DNA of 64,000 nucleotides from Mobula hypostoma (taxonomy: Eukaryota): assembly GCF_963921235.1 (NCBI RefSeq), contig NC_086097.1:213158001-213222000 (forward strand), read 5' to 3'. The notes beneath the pieces are model-generated. The model was given only the letters and a program-made list of their open reading frames with translations. It was not told where the DNA came from and ran no database searches. Numbering within the stretch: position 1 is the first letter of the stretch; every line of letters begins with the position of its first letter. The translations under genes were made by a program, and so were the position numbers. Shown piece by piece: positions 1 through 12,815 of the stretch.

Positions 1-49
1 CCTTGACTATGTCTATTCCATTTCTGGCACATCTAGTCTCTCCCTTATA

Positions 50-522
50 TAAATGATTCCAGGATTAAACGGCGTGTCATATGAAGAGCGTATGATGGCT
101 CTGGGCCTGTATTCACTAGACCTTAGAAGAATGGGGGGGTGACTTAATTGAAACCTACCAAATGGTGACAGGCCTTGATAGAGTGGATGTGGGGAGGATG
201 CTTCCTCTGGTGGGAGAGTCTAAGACCAGAGGACACAACATCAGAATAGAAGGGCGTCCTTTTAGAATGGAGATGAGGAGGAATTTCTTCAGCCAGCGAG
301 TGGTGAATATTTGGAATTTGTTGCCACAGGCAAACAGGAGGCTAAGTCTGTATGTATATTTAAGGCAGAGGTTGATAGATTCTTCATTGGTCAGAGCATG
401 AAATGTTATGGGCAGAAGGCAGGAGATTGGGGCTGAGAGAAAAAATGGACCACCCATGATGAAATGGTGGAGCAGACTCGACAGGCCAAATGGCCTAATT
501 CTGCTCCTATGTCTTACGGCCT
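50..522 (+). mobile_element. CR1 LINE 3' fragment
   Basis: ORF2 C-terminus (GLDRVDV...RNFFSQRVVNIWNLLP) followed by a CR1-type 3'UTR ending ctgctcctatgtcttacggc. Confidence 0.85.
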
Positions 523-1199
523 TAAAAATAGCACATAACTAAATTTGATCAGTTTCCCTTTGCACTTAAATAATGTATTATTTTCTATTTGATCTTCATC
601 CATTCTGCACACAAGTTTATGGTATATATTCTGGCCTTTCTGAATAGGTTTCCACGGGTTTTCCTTATTGGCCCTCTAAAGATATCTGCCAGCTCACAAA
701 TATCCCTAATTATCCCCAACCACAGTGCCTCCAACCAAACCAACATAGAACGTTGATGATACCAGGCAATCTGCATCTGGTCTTGTCTTAATTATCCTGA
801 AGTGAGAAAATGAAATGCCTTCAGCCTTCAAACCCCAGGCCTCAAGTTCCACTGTAATCCAATCCCACTACATTCAAAGATTCATCCATTCCCTAAACAC
901 AATGCTAAATTGCTCCAACACTAAAAGAATTTCTACACTGGTGTCCCATGGACATCAATATCTCCTAGGGAAGAATTCACAATACTCTTCCTTCACAGGA
1001 AGTTTCACTACCCAATTTATTTAAAACTGATAATCCCAATGGATCCATCAAAAAGCTCCAATCAATAACATCCTTGCATGACTCATGGATAGAAAATGAC
1101 TACAGGTACCTCAGAAGAAAAATAATGAAAAGAAAACGTGCTTTTGAAACTATTTTCACTTGAATGGGGATCATTAGCATATTGTGTAATACATATTTA

Positions 1200-1810
1200 T
1201 TGAGGTTCAAAACATCATTAAATATCACATTCTGCAGAACACTAGCAATGGAATTGAGGATTCACTTCTGCTGAGAACCCCCTATCTGCTTCCCTTGGAA
1301 ATTAATGGCGAGGCCGTGTCCATGGTTGAGTCATTCAAAATCCTGGAGACCTCCAGTACCAATACATTGAAGTGGGACATGCACGTTACAATTATCACCA
1401 GGAAAGACCAGCAGAGAACACTCTTCCTATGCCAGCTTAGGAAGCTTAACATCTCAGGACGTATCTTGATGAATTTTTATTCAGCCATCATTGAGAGTGT
1501 TGTGACCACCTCTATCACCGTTTGGTTTCCCGCTACATCCTCCCTCTCCAAATTCAGGTTGCAGTAGGTGGTTCATTCAGTGGAGAAGATCATTGGCTGT
1601 CAGCTATCGACATTAAAAGACCAGTTCATCACCAGAGTGAAGAAAAGAGCTGAAAAAAAATCATTGCTGGTGAGACCTATCCTAGCAGTCACCTGTTCTC
1701 CGAATTGCCATCAGGGAGACACTACAAGTCCATCACCACCAGGACTACACATCATCTCTGAAGCTTCTTTCCTGTAGCAATCCAGCTTCTCAACAACTTC
1801 ACTCAGGTGC
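1200..1810 (+). mobile_element. Rex1/Babar-type LINE fragment (RT C-terminal region, decayed)
   Basis: INGEAVSMVESFK...LKWDMH...QQRTLFLCQLRK...FYSAIIESVVTTSITVWF, typical of the Rex1-group C-terminal region. Confidence 0.7.
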
Positions 1811-3149
1811 AATACCCTGACTGTCCCTGCACATCATCTGGCCAACAGTGAGATTCTGTGATTCCCCCAGTAGGGAACTTGCGAGCGAACAAGTCAGCTT
1901 CACCTTCAGTAGCCTCTCCCACTCCAACCCCCACCCCACTGACAAAAGCATAACATTTGATATTTGTTAAAATAATGGTTTTGATTTGAAGATATGCAAG
2001 TATTTAAAATTTAAAACTTAAAGCCATTAAAACAAATAAACAGTTGAAAATCTAAAGTAACCATCACAATTCTTCTTCTCCATTGAAATAAAACAGGTTC
2101 AACATGACATTAAATACATGTGGATTTGACATCATAAATGGCAGTGAATTTCATAGAATGTCAGTAAACTATTGAGCTCAACTTTTGGACTTTCATGTTA
2201 GTGTTGGGATCCTTCAGTTGCTTGTTCAGTGAAGAAATACTTATTTGGTCCCACAAAAACAATAATTTTTCTCCAATCCAATGCTTTCTTTTGCTAGGAG
2301 AGTGTAGCAAGTCTTCCAGCATGTGATGCAAGTTTATCTTACTGGGTACTTCCCCAGTGTAAGCATAAAGGAAATGACTAGTTGCAAGATGAATATGATA
2401 TTTCTTGGAATGGAGTTGTCTGTAACATTTTATGGCAGATAAGCATCTGCTGTTGCTAAGCATTTTTTCCACTTCATGTGATGAGTTGTATGTTTAAGTC
2501 CCATTTCACAGATTCAGATTTAATTAATTATCATGTGAACATCGACATACTGTATACAGTGAAATGTGCCATTTGCAGTAACAACCAACACAAGCCAAGG
2601 ATATGCTGGGGGCAGCCCAAAGAGCCACCACACATTCTGGCACCACTATGCTCAGCAGAACACAGAACACAACAAAACTAAACACAAACAACAAGACAAC
2701 AACAGCAAAACAAGCCCCTTTCCTCCCTCACACACAGACAGGCCTTCAGCCTTCAAACCCCAGGCCTCAACTTCCAGACTACCAATTGACTTTCAAACTC
2801 CCTCGACCATGGTATGAGACAATGGTGGGGGCCACAAAATCCAGATGCGCCTACCAGCCACACCCTTATGCCTCGCAAAGCGTTTGAGTGCAGAGCAGAG
2901 GTCTGGACTGAGGACGTTCTTCGTCACCCGTCCACGTCCCTGGCCTTTAAACACGGAATATGGAATGGAGGCCTGACCTCCATAACCCTGTCCCTAAACT
3001 TAACTCCTCTCTCTCTCTGTCCCCAAAACCATCCCTATGAACTTAAAAACCAACAAAGTCTGAGCCACGGTCTCAATGGGGGCCACAGCTCAGTAACATC
3101 TTGAAAGAAAAATATCCTGTCCCATTTAAAAAAAACTTCTATTCTATGA

Positions 3150-3450
3150 TCCTGGGTTTTGAGCACAATCCTGACCGAGTGGTTCATTGTCAGAGACGAT
3201 GTTCCTTACATGAGGCATCAAATCAGGAACTAATAAGTGTATCCTCGAGAGCATGGGTTACATTTTCTGCTCAACCAACATCACTAAACAAAAAAATTCT
3301 GCTCACTGGGTAATGAGCTCACTGCTGGTTTTTAGGATACTACTGTGGACAAATCAAATGCTGCAGTTCCTATCTCACAAATGTGATTATACTCAAAAGT
3401 ACACCTTGGCTGCAAAGGAATAAGAAAAACAATATAAAATTGATGTGCAG
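3150..3450 (+). mobile_element. Ancient DeuSINE-like (AmnSINE1/SacSINE1-related) remnant
   Basis: Motifs in the expected order: ttgagcacaatcc, cattgtcagag, ctcaaccaacatcactaaa, actcaaaagtac...ttggctgcaaag. Compared with the consensus from memory. Confidence 0.55.
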
Positions 3451-3900
3451 CAGATTGTATTCCTTTCTGGTGTATCATCTGTCATTTCAGTGGAAGCTAG
3501 TTTGCCCAGATTTATTGTGGCCTGAGAAAGAGCGAACTGATCAGTAGCCACTGTAGATACTTCACTGTGCTCAGTGAATTATGTATGAGCGGATCACTGA
3601 CAAGTGAGTTTGCTATTATGAGCATAAGATACAGTAAAATTATTGAAATCAAAGCAGAGCCAGTTAAATATGCTCTTTCTCCAGTAGGTCACACAGCAGT
3701 AGGCTATGTGACCTACATAGTTCAAGCTGGATTTTTATTACGTCAACTTTTTACGTAATTTGTTCCTTGCCCAATTAAATGCCACTTTCCTCCATCATAT
3801 TTGCACACATAAACCCCGGTTGCCTGCACTAACTTCCTCTGTCAAATTTATATTACAAGATATTTTTGTTCTTTTGGCAGGGAAGTAATCTATAGCTTAC

Positions 3901-3963
3901 CTTGTATTGAATTTCCTGAAGGATTTCTGTGACTGCCTTTAGACCCACATGCTCCTTTCCAAT
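3901..3963 (-). CDS. CA8: CA8 coding exon 5 ([21 protein letters not shown])
   Basis: Acceptor ACACAG| and donor AAG|GTAAGC. 63 nt. Peptide nearly identical to CA8 [21 protein letters not shown]. Confidence 0.96.
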
Positions 3964-4259
3964 CTGTGTCAAATAAAAATACACATTTACCATAAAACAG
4001 TGAGAAAATGTAAGTACATAAAACATAAGACATTCACACAGCCACAAATGAACTGCCGTATATTCACATGTTCCATTGATTTTTGTATATTGCACGTAAT
4101 GAACCTGAATCTCATTACTTGTTTTGTCTACAGTATGTCACCACATCTCAGTTATGAACAAAACACTAGGTCACTGACTAGAAATAAGATACATTTATTA
4201 AGCTGGAATGCAGATTCTAGTTTTAAAACCAAAACAACAACATCATGAATTGGAACACA

Positions 4260-7200
4260 AGACCATGAGACACAAAAGCTGAATGAGACATTCGGCCCAC
4301 TGAGTCTGTTCTGCCCTCGCCACTCCATCATGGCTGATCTGTCATCATCCCTCTCATCCCATTTTCCTGCCTTCTCACCTAACCATTGATACAAGAACCA
4401 TTGAATCAAGAACCTTAAATATACCCATGACTTGGCCTGCATAGCCACCTATGGCAATCAATTCCACAGATTCACCATCCTCTGGCTAAAGAAATTTACC
4501 CTCATCTCATCTCTCAATTCTGAGGCTGTGTCCCCTGGTTCTAGACTCCCCCACTATAGGAAACATCCACTCCATAACCACTATCCAGACCTTTCAATAT
4601 TCAATAAGTTTCAATGAGATCCCCCCCTCATACTTCTAAACTTCAGCGAGTACAGGCCCAGAGCCATCAAACGCACCTCATACATTGAACCTTTCATTCC
4701 TGGCATAATTCTCATGAACGACCACTGGACTCGCTCCAATGCCACCACATCTTTACTTAGATAAGGGTCCCAAAGCTGCTCACAATATTCCAGGAGCAGT
4801 CTGATGACTGCTTTAAAAAGTCTAAGCATTACATCCTTGCTTTTGTATTCTAGTACGCTCAAGATGAATGCTAACTTTGGATTTTCCTTCCTTACCGGTG
4901 ACTCAACCTGCAAGTTAACCTTTAGAGAATCAAGCACAAGGAATCCCAAGTTACTCTGTACCTCTGATTTTTGAATTTTCTCCCCACTTAGAAAATAGTC
5001 CACACCTTTATTCCTTGTGCCAAAATGCATGACCATGCACTTCCCTACATTATATTCCATCTGCCACTTCTTTGACCATGTCCCCAATCTAAGTCCTGCT
5101 GAAGACACCTTGCTTCCTTAACACTGCATGCCCCTCCAGCTATTTTCATACTGTCTGCAAACTTGGCCACCAAGCCATCAGTTCCTTCCTCCGAATCATT
5201 GATATGCAATGTGAAAGAAGAGGTTCCAACACCCGCCCCTGTGGCACACCATGAATCACCAGCAGCCAACCAGAAAAGACCCCCTTTATTCTCACTCTTT
5301 GCCTCCTACCAGTCACCCAATCTTCTATCCATGCTAATAATAGCTTTCCTGTAATACCATGGGCTCTTATTTTGTTAAGCAACTTCATACATGGCATCTT
5401 GTCAAAGGCCTTCTGAAAACAAAATAAACAATATTCACTGACTCTCCTTTGTCTATTCCGCTTGTTATTTCCTCAAAGAATTCCAACAGATTTGTAGGGC
5501 AAGATTTCCCCTTTAGAAAACCATGCTCTGTGCCCAGGTTATCTTGTGCCTCCAAGTACCAAAAACTCTCACCCTTAATAATGGACTCCCAACATCTTTC
5601 CAACCACTGAAGTCAAGCTAACTGGCCTATAATTTCCCTTCAACCTCTCTCCCTTCTTGAAGAGTGGAGCGACATTTGCAATTTACCAGTCCTCCAGAAT
5701 CATTTCAGAATCCAGTGATTCTTGAAAGATCATTACTAAAGCCCCCACAACCTCTTCAGCTTTCATAACCCTGGAGTGTACTCCATCTGGTCCAGGTGAC
5801 TTATCTACCTTCAGATCTTTCAGGTTCATAAGCATCTGCTGCTTGATAATAGCAACTACACTCATTTATGCCCTCCGATTGAATTTTTTGTGGATGTGAC
5901 TGCATGATTGATTTTTTTGAAAATGTGACTAAACACATTGATGAAGGAAGAGCAGTAGATGTAGTGTATATGGATTTCAGCAAGGCATTTGATAAGGTAC
6001 CCCATGCCAGGCTTATTGAGAAAGTAAGGAGGCATGGGATCCAAGGGGACATTGCTTTGTGGATCCGGAATTGGCTTGCCCACAGAAGGCAAAGAGTGGT
6101 TGTAGATGGGTCATATTCTGCATGGAGGTCGGTCACCTCAGGGATCTGTTCTGGGACCCCTATTCTTTGTGGGATTTTTATAAATGACCTGGATGAGGAA
6201 GTGGAGGGATGGGTTAGTAAATTTGCTGATGACACAAAGGTTGGGGGTGTTATGGATAGTGTGGAGGGCTGTCAGAGGTTAAAACGGGACATTGATAGGA
6301 TGCAAAACTGGGCTGAGAAGTGGCAGATGGAGTTTAAGCCAGATAAGTGTGAAGCGGTTCATTTTGGTAGGTCAAATATGATGGCAGAATATAGCATTAA
6401 TGGTAAAACTCTTGGCAGTGTGGAGGATCAGAGGGATCTTGGGGTCCGAGTCCATAGGACACTCAAAGCTGCTACGCAGGTTGACTCTGTGGTTGAGAAA
6501 GCATATGGTGCATTGGCCTTCATCAATCATGGGATTGAGTTTAAGAGCCGAGAGGTAATGTTGCAGCTATATAGGACCCTGGTTAGACCCCACTTGGAGT
6601 ACTGTGATCAGTTCTGGTCACCTCACTACAGGAAGGATGTGGAAACCACAGAAAGGGTGCAGAGGAGATTTACAAGGATGTTGCCTGGATTGGGGAGCAT
6701 GCCTTACGAGAACAGGTTGAGTGAGCTTGGCCTTTCTCCTTGGAGCGACGGAGGATGAGAGGTGACCTGATAGAGGTGTTCAAGATAATGAGAAGCACTG
6801 ATTCTGTGGACAGTCAGAGACTTTTCCTCAGGGCTGAAATAGCTAGCATGACAGGGCATAGTCTTAAGGTGCTTGGAAGTAGGTACAGAGAAGACATCAG
6901 GGGTAAGTTTTTTTACGCAGAGAGCGGTGAGTGCGTGGAATGGGCTGCCGGCGGCAGTGGTGGAGGCAGAAACGATAGGTTCTTTTAAGAGACTCCCGGA
7001 TGGCTACATGGAGCTTAGAAAAATAGAGGGCTATGGGTAAGGCCTAGGTAGTTCTAAGCTAGGAACATGTTCTGCACAGCTTTGTGGGCCGAAGGGCCTA
7101 TATTGTGCCATAGGTTTTCTATGTTTCTGTGTTTCTATATCATGATCACTGTCTCCTAAGAGCTCTTTTATCTTAAGCTCTCTAATCAAATCTGGTTCAT

Positions 7201-8075
7201 AACACAACTCCCAATCCAGAATTGCCTTTCTCCTAGTGAGTTCAACCACAAGCTGCTCTAAAAAGCCACCTCATATGCATTCCACAAATGCCATTTCTTG
7301 GGATCCACCAGCACGAACCTGATATTCCCAATCTATCTGCATATTGAAATCCCCTATGACTATCATAACATTGCCCTTTTACATGCCTTTTCTTTTTCCT
7401 ATCTTAATTTATATCTCACAACCTAGCTGCTTGGGGGCCTGTATATTGCTCCCATCAATGTCTTTTTACTGTTGCAATTTTTTTAACTCTACCCACAAGA
7501 ATTCTACATCTTCTGATCTTATGCCTCCTATTTCTAAGGCTATTTTTTTTTTACCAACAGAGCCACCCTTCCCCCTCTATCCACCTGGTTGTCCTTTTGA
7601 TTAAAAGTGTATCCTTGGATGTAAAGCTCTCAACTTTAAGCTTCTATCAGCTTCATCTCAGCGATGTCCACAATGTGACATCTGCCAATTTCTAACTACG
7701 CTACAAGATCTTTATTCCGTATACTGTGTGCATTCGAATACAACATCTTCAGTGCTTTATTCATCACCCTTTTTGATTTTGCTCCCATGTTACACTTCAC
7801 CTCATCCCATTGACTGAAATTTTGCCCTATCATCTGCCTGTCCTTCATCATAGTCTCACTACACACTGCATCAACTTGAATACCAACTGCCCTATCCATT
7901 CCACTATCACTCCGGTAACCGTCCCCCCACTCCCTGCCAACTTAGTTTAAAACCTCCCAACAGTTCTCGCAAACCTGCCTGCAAGGATATTGATCCCCTA
8001 AGCTTCAGGTGTAACCCACCCTTTTTGTACAGGTCATACCTTCCCAAGAAGAGATCCCAATGATCCAAATTAAAG
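4260..8075 (-). mobile_element. Decayed CR1 LINE (ORF1 end, APE, RT, 3'UTR) interrupted by a younger CR1
   Basis: Minus-strand pieces GLHLK (ORF1 esterase), YSNAHSIRNK, LGDSDH, DKSPGPDG, HGFLKGKSC, KFADS, LEYCEQLW. 3' tail near 4260. Confidence 0.88.
5880..7138 (+). mobile_element. Younger 5'-truncated CR1 LINE nested in the opposite orientation
   Basis: 284-aa ORF with YMDFSKAFDKVPH, KFADDTK and PHLEYCDQFWSP. 3' microsatellite tail (ttctatgt)n ending near 7138. Confidence 0.92.
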
Positions 8076-9704
8076 ACCAAAGAAACCTTTAGATGGAGTT
8101 CAGAAGCAATTGGGTAAGGAATAATCGTGCATTTACACTCAATTTCTTTTTTAAATATATTCATGTACATCCTTACTATTCCAGTGAAGCCAGGAGGGAA
8201 GCTCTTCCCTTACCCATTCTGTAGTCATATATATATTAATAACAACAGAACAGTTGTGAGGCCATGTGATCTATTCACAATTCTCTAGCTAATGATGGTG
8301 TGAGAGAAGGAAAATATGAAACAAACATTAAAAAATGTATTGTGCAGAAGTATTCCAACAATAAGGTGAGAGATAGGCTGGGTTGAAAGAAAAATGAGGC
8401 AGGTTGCAGAAAATCGCTCACTTCTGCTTTAGGTTTTAGTTTTGATACCCAAGTCTCCATAGATATACTTGACCATCATCTGCAAGGATTCTGACCCAAT
8501 TCTAAATGCCTTTGGGCTAACTGTCAATCGCTGCAGAACTAAACTTTTGATTTAGTCATATTACTCATGATAATTTGCACACGGAATCTGATGAACAGGT
8601 TCAACAAGATGTGCCACAGCATAATAGGGCATGGCAGAAGGACAAAGACATGTGATGTTTCAAGAGGTGTTAAGGCAAGAATCTCCTTTCACATCATTTA
8701 CCCTATATATACTGGTATGCAAAATTTTGCCTTGGTTACTATCCAATCAATACCTTTTTCCTAACTTCCCATACTTAACACATCTGCAGGAAAAAAACCT
8801 CACTTTACCCCCTGTTTGCATGCATTCCTCTCCAGAAGTTGCTTCCATATTTGTAATTATTCTTTCTCTTGACCATGTATACTGCTGCTTCCTAACATCA
8901 TGTGCACTATAGTGCCAAGTATGACAAGACCGAGTAAAGTTTCATTTTTGAGGCAAGACACCATCCAGGTCTACAGATCCAGCTTGACAGATTGGATATA
9001 CAGTCAACCAATGTCACATTCTCGAGAATTCAAATTTATTTTACCTTGCACTAGGACATGTTAAAATTAACTACAAATATAAAGCACCATATATTGTTAA
9101 TAATTATAACAAAACAATTTTTGTTGGATGGCATGGAGGCAGAAACATCACACACAGCCACAGGTACCAACTAGGAGGGGCATACAAGGCACATAATCCA
9201 AGACCTCATAACCCTAGGGTATACAGGAATCTTTGCTGATGTGTAGATATTATATGCAATATCTACATGTTTGGCTGAACCCGAGAATCCTCACTGAGAT
9301 GAAATCTACGCCACACTCTAGTTTTCAGTTCCATCTGTACTCGAGAAGTCATTCAAGCTCCATATTCAAACAGAAAATAGAGTCCACTTTTAGTTCAGCC
9401 CACAGGAGCAGATCAAGGATCTGCTACCTTTGCAGGCATTTGCAGATTGCACTCAACAGTTAGCTTAGCAACTTCTTGCCAGGAGGTATTGACTGTAGTC
9501 ATGGAAGATCTGATGATCCCTTTCTACCAAGGAGCCTTCTGTTGATAATGCTCTTCACCAATCTGAGCAGGTTCTTTGAATACTATCCTTTCCTGGAACA
9601 GACATAAAGAAACCAAAGCACTTCTTGGGGAACTTCACAAATTAAGAATACAATTGTCATGGAAAGTTTAAGATCAGAGTTAAGATGATACAAAACACCT
9701 CAGA

Positions 9705-10155
9705 TATTAAAGTCACTACAATGCTGCAAGAAATCATCAGGCCAGGCAGCATCTATGGAAAAGAGTACAGTCAACGTTTCAGGCCGAGACCCTTCAGCAA
9801 AACTGGAGAAAAAAAAAGTTGAGTTGTCAGAATAAGAAGGCGAGGAGAGGAGAAGAAGAAACACTAGGTGATAGGTGGGTGAGGGGTGAAGTTGAGAGAT
9901 GAAAGAGATACAGGGCTGGAGAAGGGGAAATCTGATAGGACAGGACCAAAGCCCATGCAAGAAAGAAAAGGGGGAAGAGCACCAGAGGGAGGTAATGGGC
10001 AGGTAAGGAGATAAGGTGAGAGAGGACGAAAATGGGAATGGGGAATGGTGAAAGGGGGAGACAAATAAGAAAAGTTCGAAAAATCAATGTTCATGCCATC
10101 AGGTTGGAGGCTACCCAGACGAAATATAAGACGTTGCTCCTCCAACTTTAGTTCA
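9705..10155 (-). mobile_element. Penelope-like element 3' fragment
   Basis: LEEQRLIFRLGSLQPDGMNIDFSN C-terminus plus terminal region with a degenerate hammerhead motif; homologous to 31250-31720. Confidence 0.85.
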
Positions 10156-10159
10156 TACT

Positions 10160-10425
10160 TCCTGGACACCCTCTTAACCCTAGCATGAGTGAATGCTTAC
10201 TCTAGCTGCTAGCTCCCCTCCAAGTTACACACCCCTGTGACATAAAAATGTGTGATCATTCCTTCATCAGTGCTGGATCTAGACTCTGAAACTCCATTAA
10301 AAAGTTGTTATTTCAACACAAGTATAACACTCAAAAAGTCACTGACTATCAAAAGCAATCAGAAATGGTCATTAAACATCTTAACTTTGCCATAGATATC
10401 CACATTCTGTGAAAAAAGATTAAAA
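10160..10425 (+). mobile_element. Old LINE 3' end (CR1-group) next to the exon 4 donor
   Basis: ctcccctccaagttacacac...ttccttcatcagtgctgg...atccacattctgtgaaaaaag resembles a common elasmobranch LINE 3'UTR (from memory). Confidence 0.45.
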
Positions 10426-10435
10426 CAATATTTAC

Positions 10436-10531
10436 CTGAACAAACAAAGCAATGATCGCGATTCCATTTTTCTTCCCCATAGCCTCATCAATGTTATTGA
10501 ACAAAGTTGAGTTCCAATGGATAAGATGGAG
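10436..10531 (-). CDS. CA8: CA8 coding exon 4 ([32 protein letters not shown])
   Basis: Acceptor ATTTTTCAG| and donor CAG|GTAAAT. 96 nt. LHLIHWNS and [10 protein letters not shown] match CA8. Confidence 0.96.
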
Positions 10532-11356
10532 CTGAAAAATATAGATATTATATACATCAGAAAATAATCTTTGTTTTAAAAAGCTAGATATTTGAATTTG
10601 GAAACCTAAAATTAATCATAATTTTAAAAGTATTTTCTGCTGGGTCTGAAGAAACAAATAAAAATCTTGTACTTGGATGAAAGGTTACTAATACAGAATA
10701 AAAACAAAAATAACCCTGACTTTCCTGTGTCACATTTGTTGCCAGAACACAACAGATCAGATGTTTGTACTTCATTCATGCTGCAGCCCAACTCATGGTA
10801 AATCAGTGAAAAATGTGACCCACTGCAGCTGTTCAAAGGGTCAAGTTCAATAAACAACTTAACAAGAAATAGTTAGAAGATTCTTTGAGAAAACACATCT
10901 GCTCATGATTTAGAGACCCAGTGTTTTCACAGAGGAATGGGCATAGTAAAGCAAGCAGGCTGTTTGAAAGTAAGTAACACAGGCATTTCAAGTCAGTGAA
11001 AAAAAATGTGTTCATGCCATCACTGTCAATGCAACAAACCCAAATATGGCAATAAATCGTGAAAAGAAATTCAACCATCATAGTAAAAGGAAATTCAGAC
11101 ATCACTTCGAAAAAGACTGCAGAAGGCATATCAATAATCTCCAGCCTAAATGGTTTAAGAGTTTAACACTAAGGTGACAGTCACATACATTCACATAGCC
11201 TTCATATGTAAATTTTCCTTAACACTCAACTGGGACTCCTACTACATATCAAAGATTCAAAGGTTCATTTTACTATCAAAGCATGGATACAGAATACAAC
11301 TCTGAGATTGTCTTCTCCAGTCCTAAAATAGAGAAACCCACAGAAGTGATTCAAAA

Positions 11357-11561
11357 CGCAAACACGAGGAAATCTGCGATGCTGGAATCTCAAGCAACAC
11401 ACATAAAAGTTGCTGGTGAACGCAGCAGGCCAGGCAGCATCTATAGGAAGAGGTACAGTCAGGACTGACGAAGGGTCTCGGCCCGAAACGTCATCTGTAC
11501 CTCTTCCTATAGATACTGCCTGGCCTGCTGCGTTCACTAGCAACTTTTATGTGTGTTGCTT
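11357..11561. mobile_element. Fold-back non-autonomous PLE derivative with central hammerhead core
   Basis: Inverted arms derived from the PLE terminus; CTGACGA...GAAACGTC near the centre. TSD gaagtgattcaaaa at 11343-11356 and 11562-11575. Confidence 0.88.
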
Positions 11562-11575
11562 GAAGTGATTCAAAA

Positions 11576-12815
11576 GTTCATTTGTTATCAAAGTATACAA
11601 CTTGAAATTCTTCAGTTCTCTGGGTAGCCATGAAACCAAGAAAGAAATGAAAGGCAGCACGACCATCACCCCCTAAATCCCTCCTCCTGCACAGAAAAAA
11701 TGAACAAAACTGGAACGAAAACAAAACAAGAAAGACTGGGTGAAAAACACAGAGTATAAAAATCTATTAAGACTGAAAAAAAAAGTCTATAGTCCGAGTC
11801 CACATCCAAAATGCAGAGAACCTGGGTAACACCTTCTGGGCTCAATGCAGACCTCCCCTCTCGGTAGAAGATCAATCAAAAGAGGCAGCTGGTGCTCACC
11901 CTCTGCACTCGCCTCGATGGTTCAATCTCCCTCATTGTTTCAATTGGCGAATAATGGAAACTTAAATCAGCGAAATGGAGTTGGACATCAGCTTGCACCT
12001 TGCAGCCTCCTCACCACGAAGTTCACGCACGCTGCCTCTGTCTTCCAGAATCCTCTCAGAGACTGCAGAATGCTGGAACACCCAAATGATCTCCAAACAG
12101 CAAATCACAGGTTTGAACAGTTCCAGAATCACATCCAAGACGAAAAGCAAATGCAAAAGACTTACAAGAAGTGAAATATATGGTCGCAAACACGAGGAAT
12201 GCTGGAATTTCAAGCAACACACATAAAGGTTGCTGGTGAATGCAGCAGGCCAGGCAGCATCTATAGGAAGAGGCTCAGTCAACATTTTGGGCCGAGACCC
12301 TTCGTCAGGACTAACTGAAAGAAGAGCTAGTAAGAGATTTGAAAGTGGGAGGGGGAAGGGGAGATCCAAAATGATAGGAGAAGACAGGAGAGGGAGGGAT
12401 GGAGCCAAGAGCTGGACAGTAGATTGGCAAAAGGGATATGAAAGGATCATGGGACAGGAGGCTCAGGGAGAAAGAAAGGGGGAGGGGGGAAGCCCAGAGG
12501 ATGGGCAATGACGGATGGTGTACGAGGGGGAGGTGGGGCATAAACGTAAGTTAGAGAAGTCAATGTTCATGCCATCAGGTTGGAGACTACCCAGACGGAA
12601 TATAAGGTGTTGTTCCTCCAACCTGAGTGTGGCTTCATCTTGACAATAGAGGAGGCCGTGGATAGACATATCAGAATGGGAATGGGACGTGGAATTAAAA
12701 TGTGTGGCCACTGGGAGATCCTGCTTTCTCTGGTGGACAGAGCGCCAAATATATGGTTTCAGGATCGATCTGGAACATGTCAACCAAAGGAATATTGGAC
12801 GGAGGTGCCATCTTT
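11576..12815 (-). mobile_element. Unclassified non-autonomous retroelement with Rex1-like tail (host of the PLE insert 12185-12746)
   Basis: Minus strand starts near aagatggcacc (about 12816) and ends in a ctttgataacaaatgaac tail similar to other Rex1-type tails in the window. No coding motifs recognised. Confidence 0.4.
12185..12746 (-). mobile_element. 5'-truncated Penelope-like element
   Basis: QDLPVATHFNS...LEEQHLIFRLGSLQPDGMNIDFSN plus terminus. 11-bp TSD aaatatatggt at 12174-12184 and 12747-12757. Confidence 0.92.

Noticed and set aside
1..3900. CA8 exon 6 (GKSKTIPCFNP-like)
   Set aside because: I found no matching minus-strand sequence by eye; it probably lies left of the window.
9239..9270. 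Short hairpin tgtagatatt-atatgc-aatatctaca
   Set aside because: A single ~10-bp AT-rich stem with no supporting context; could arise by chance.
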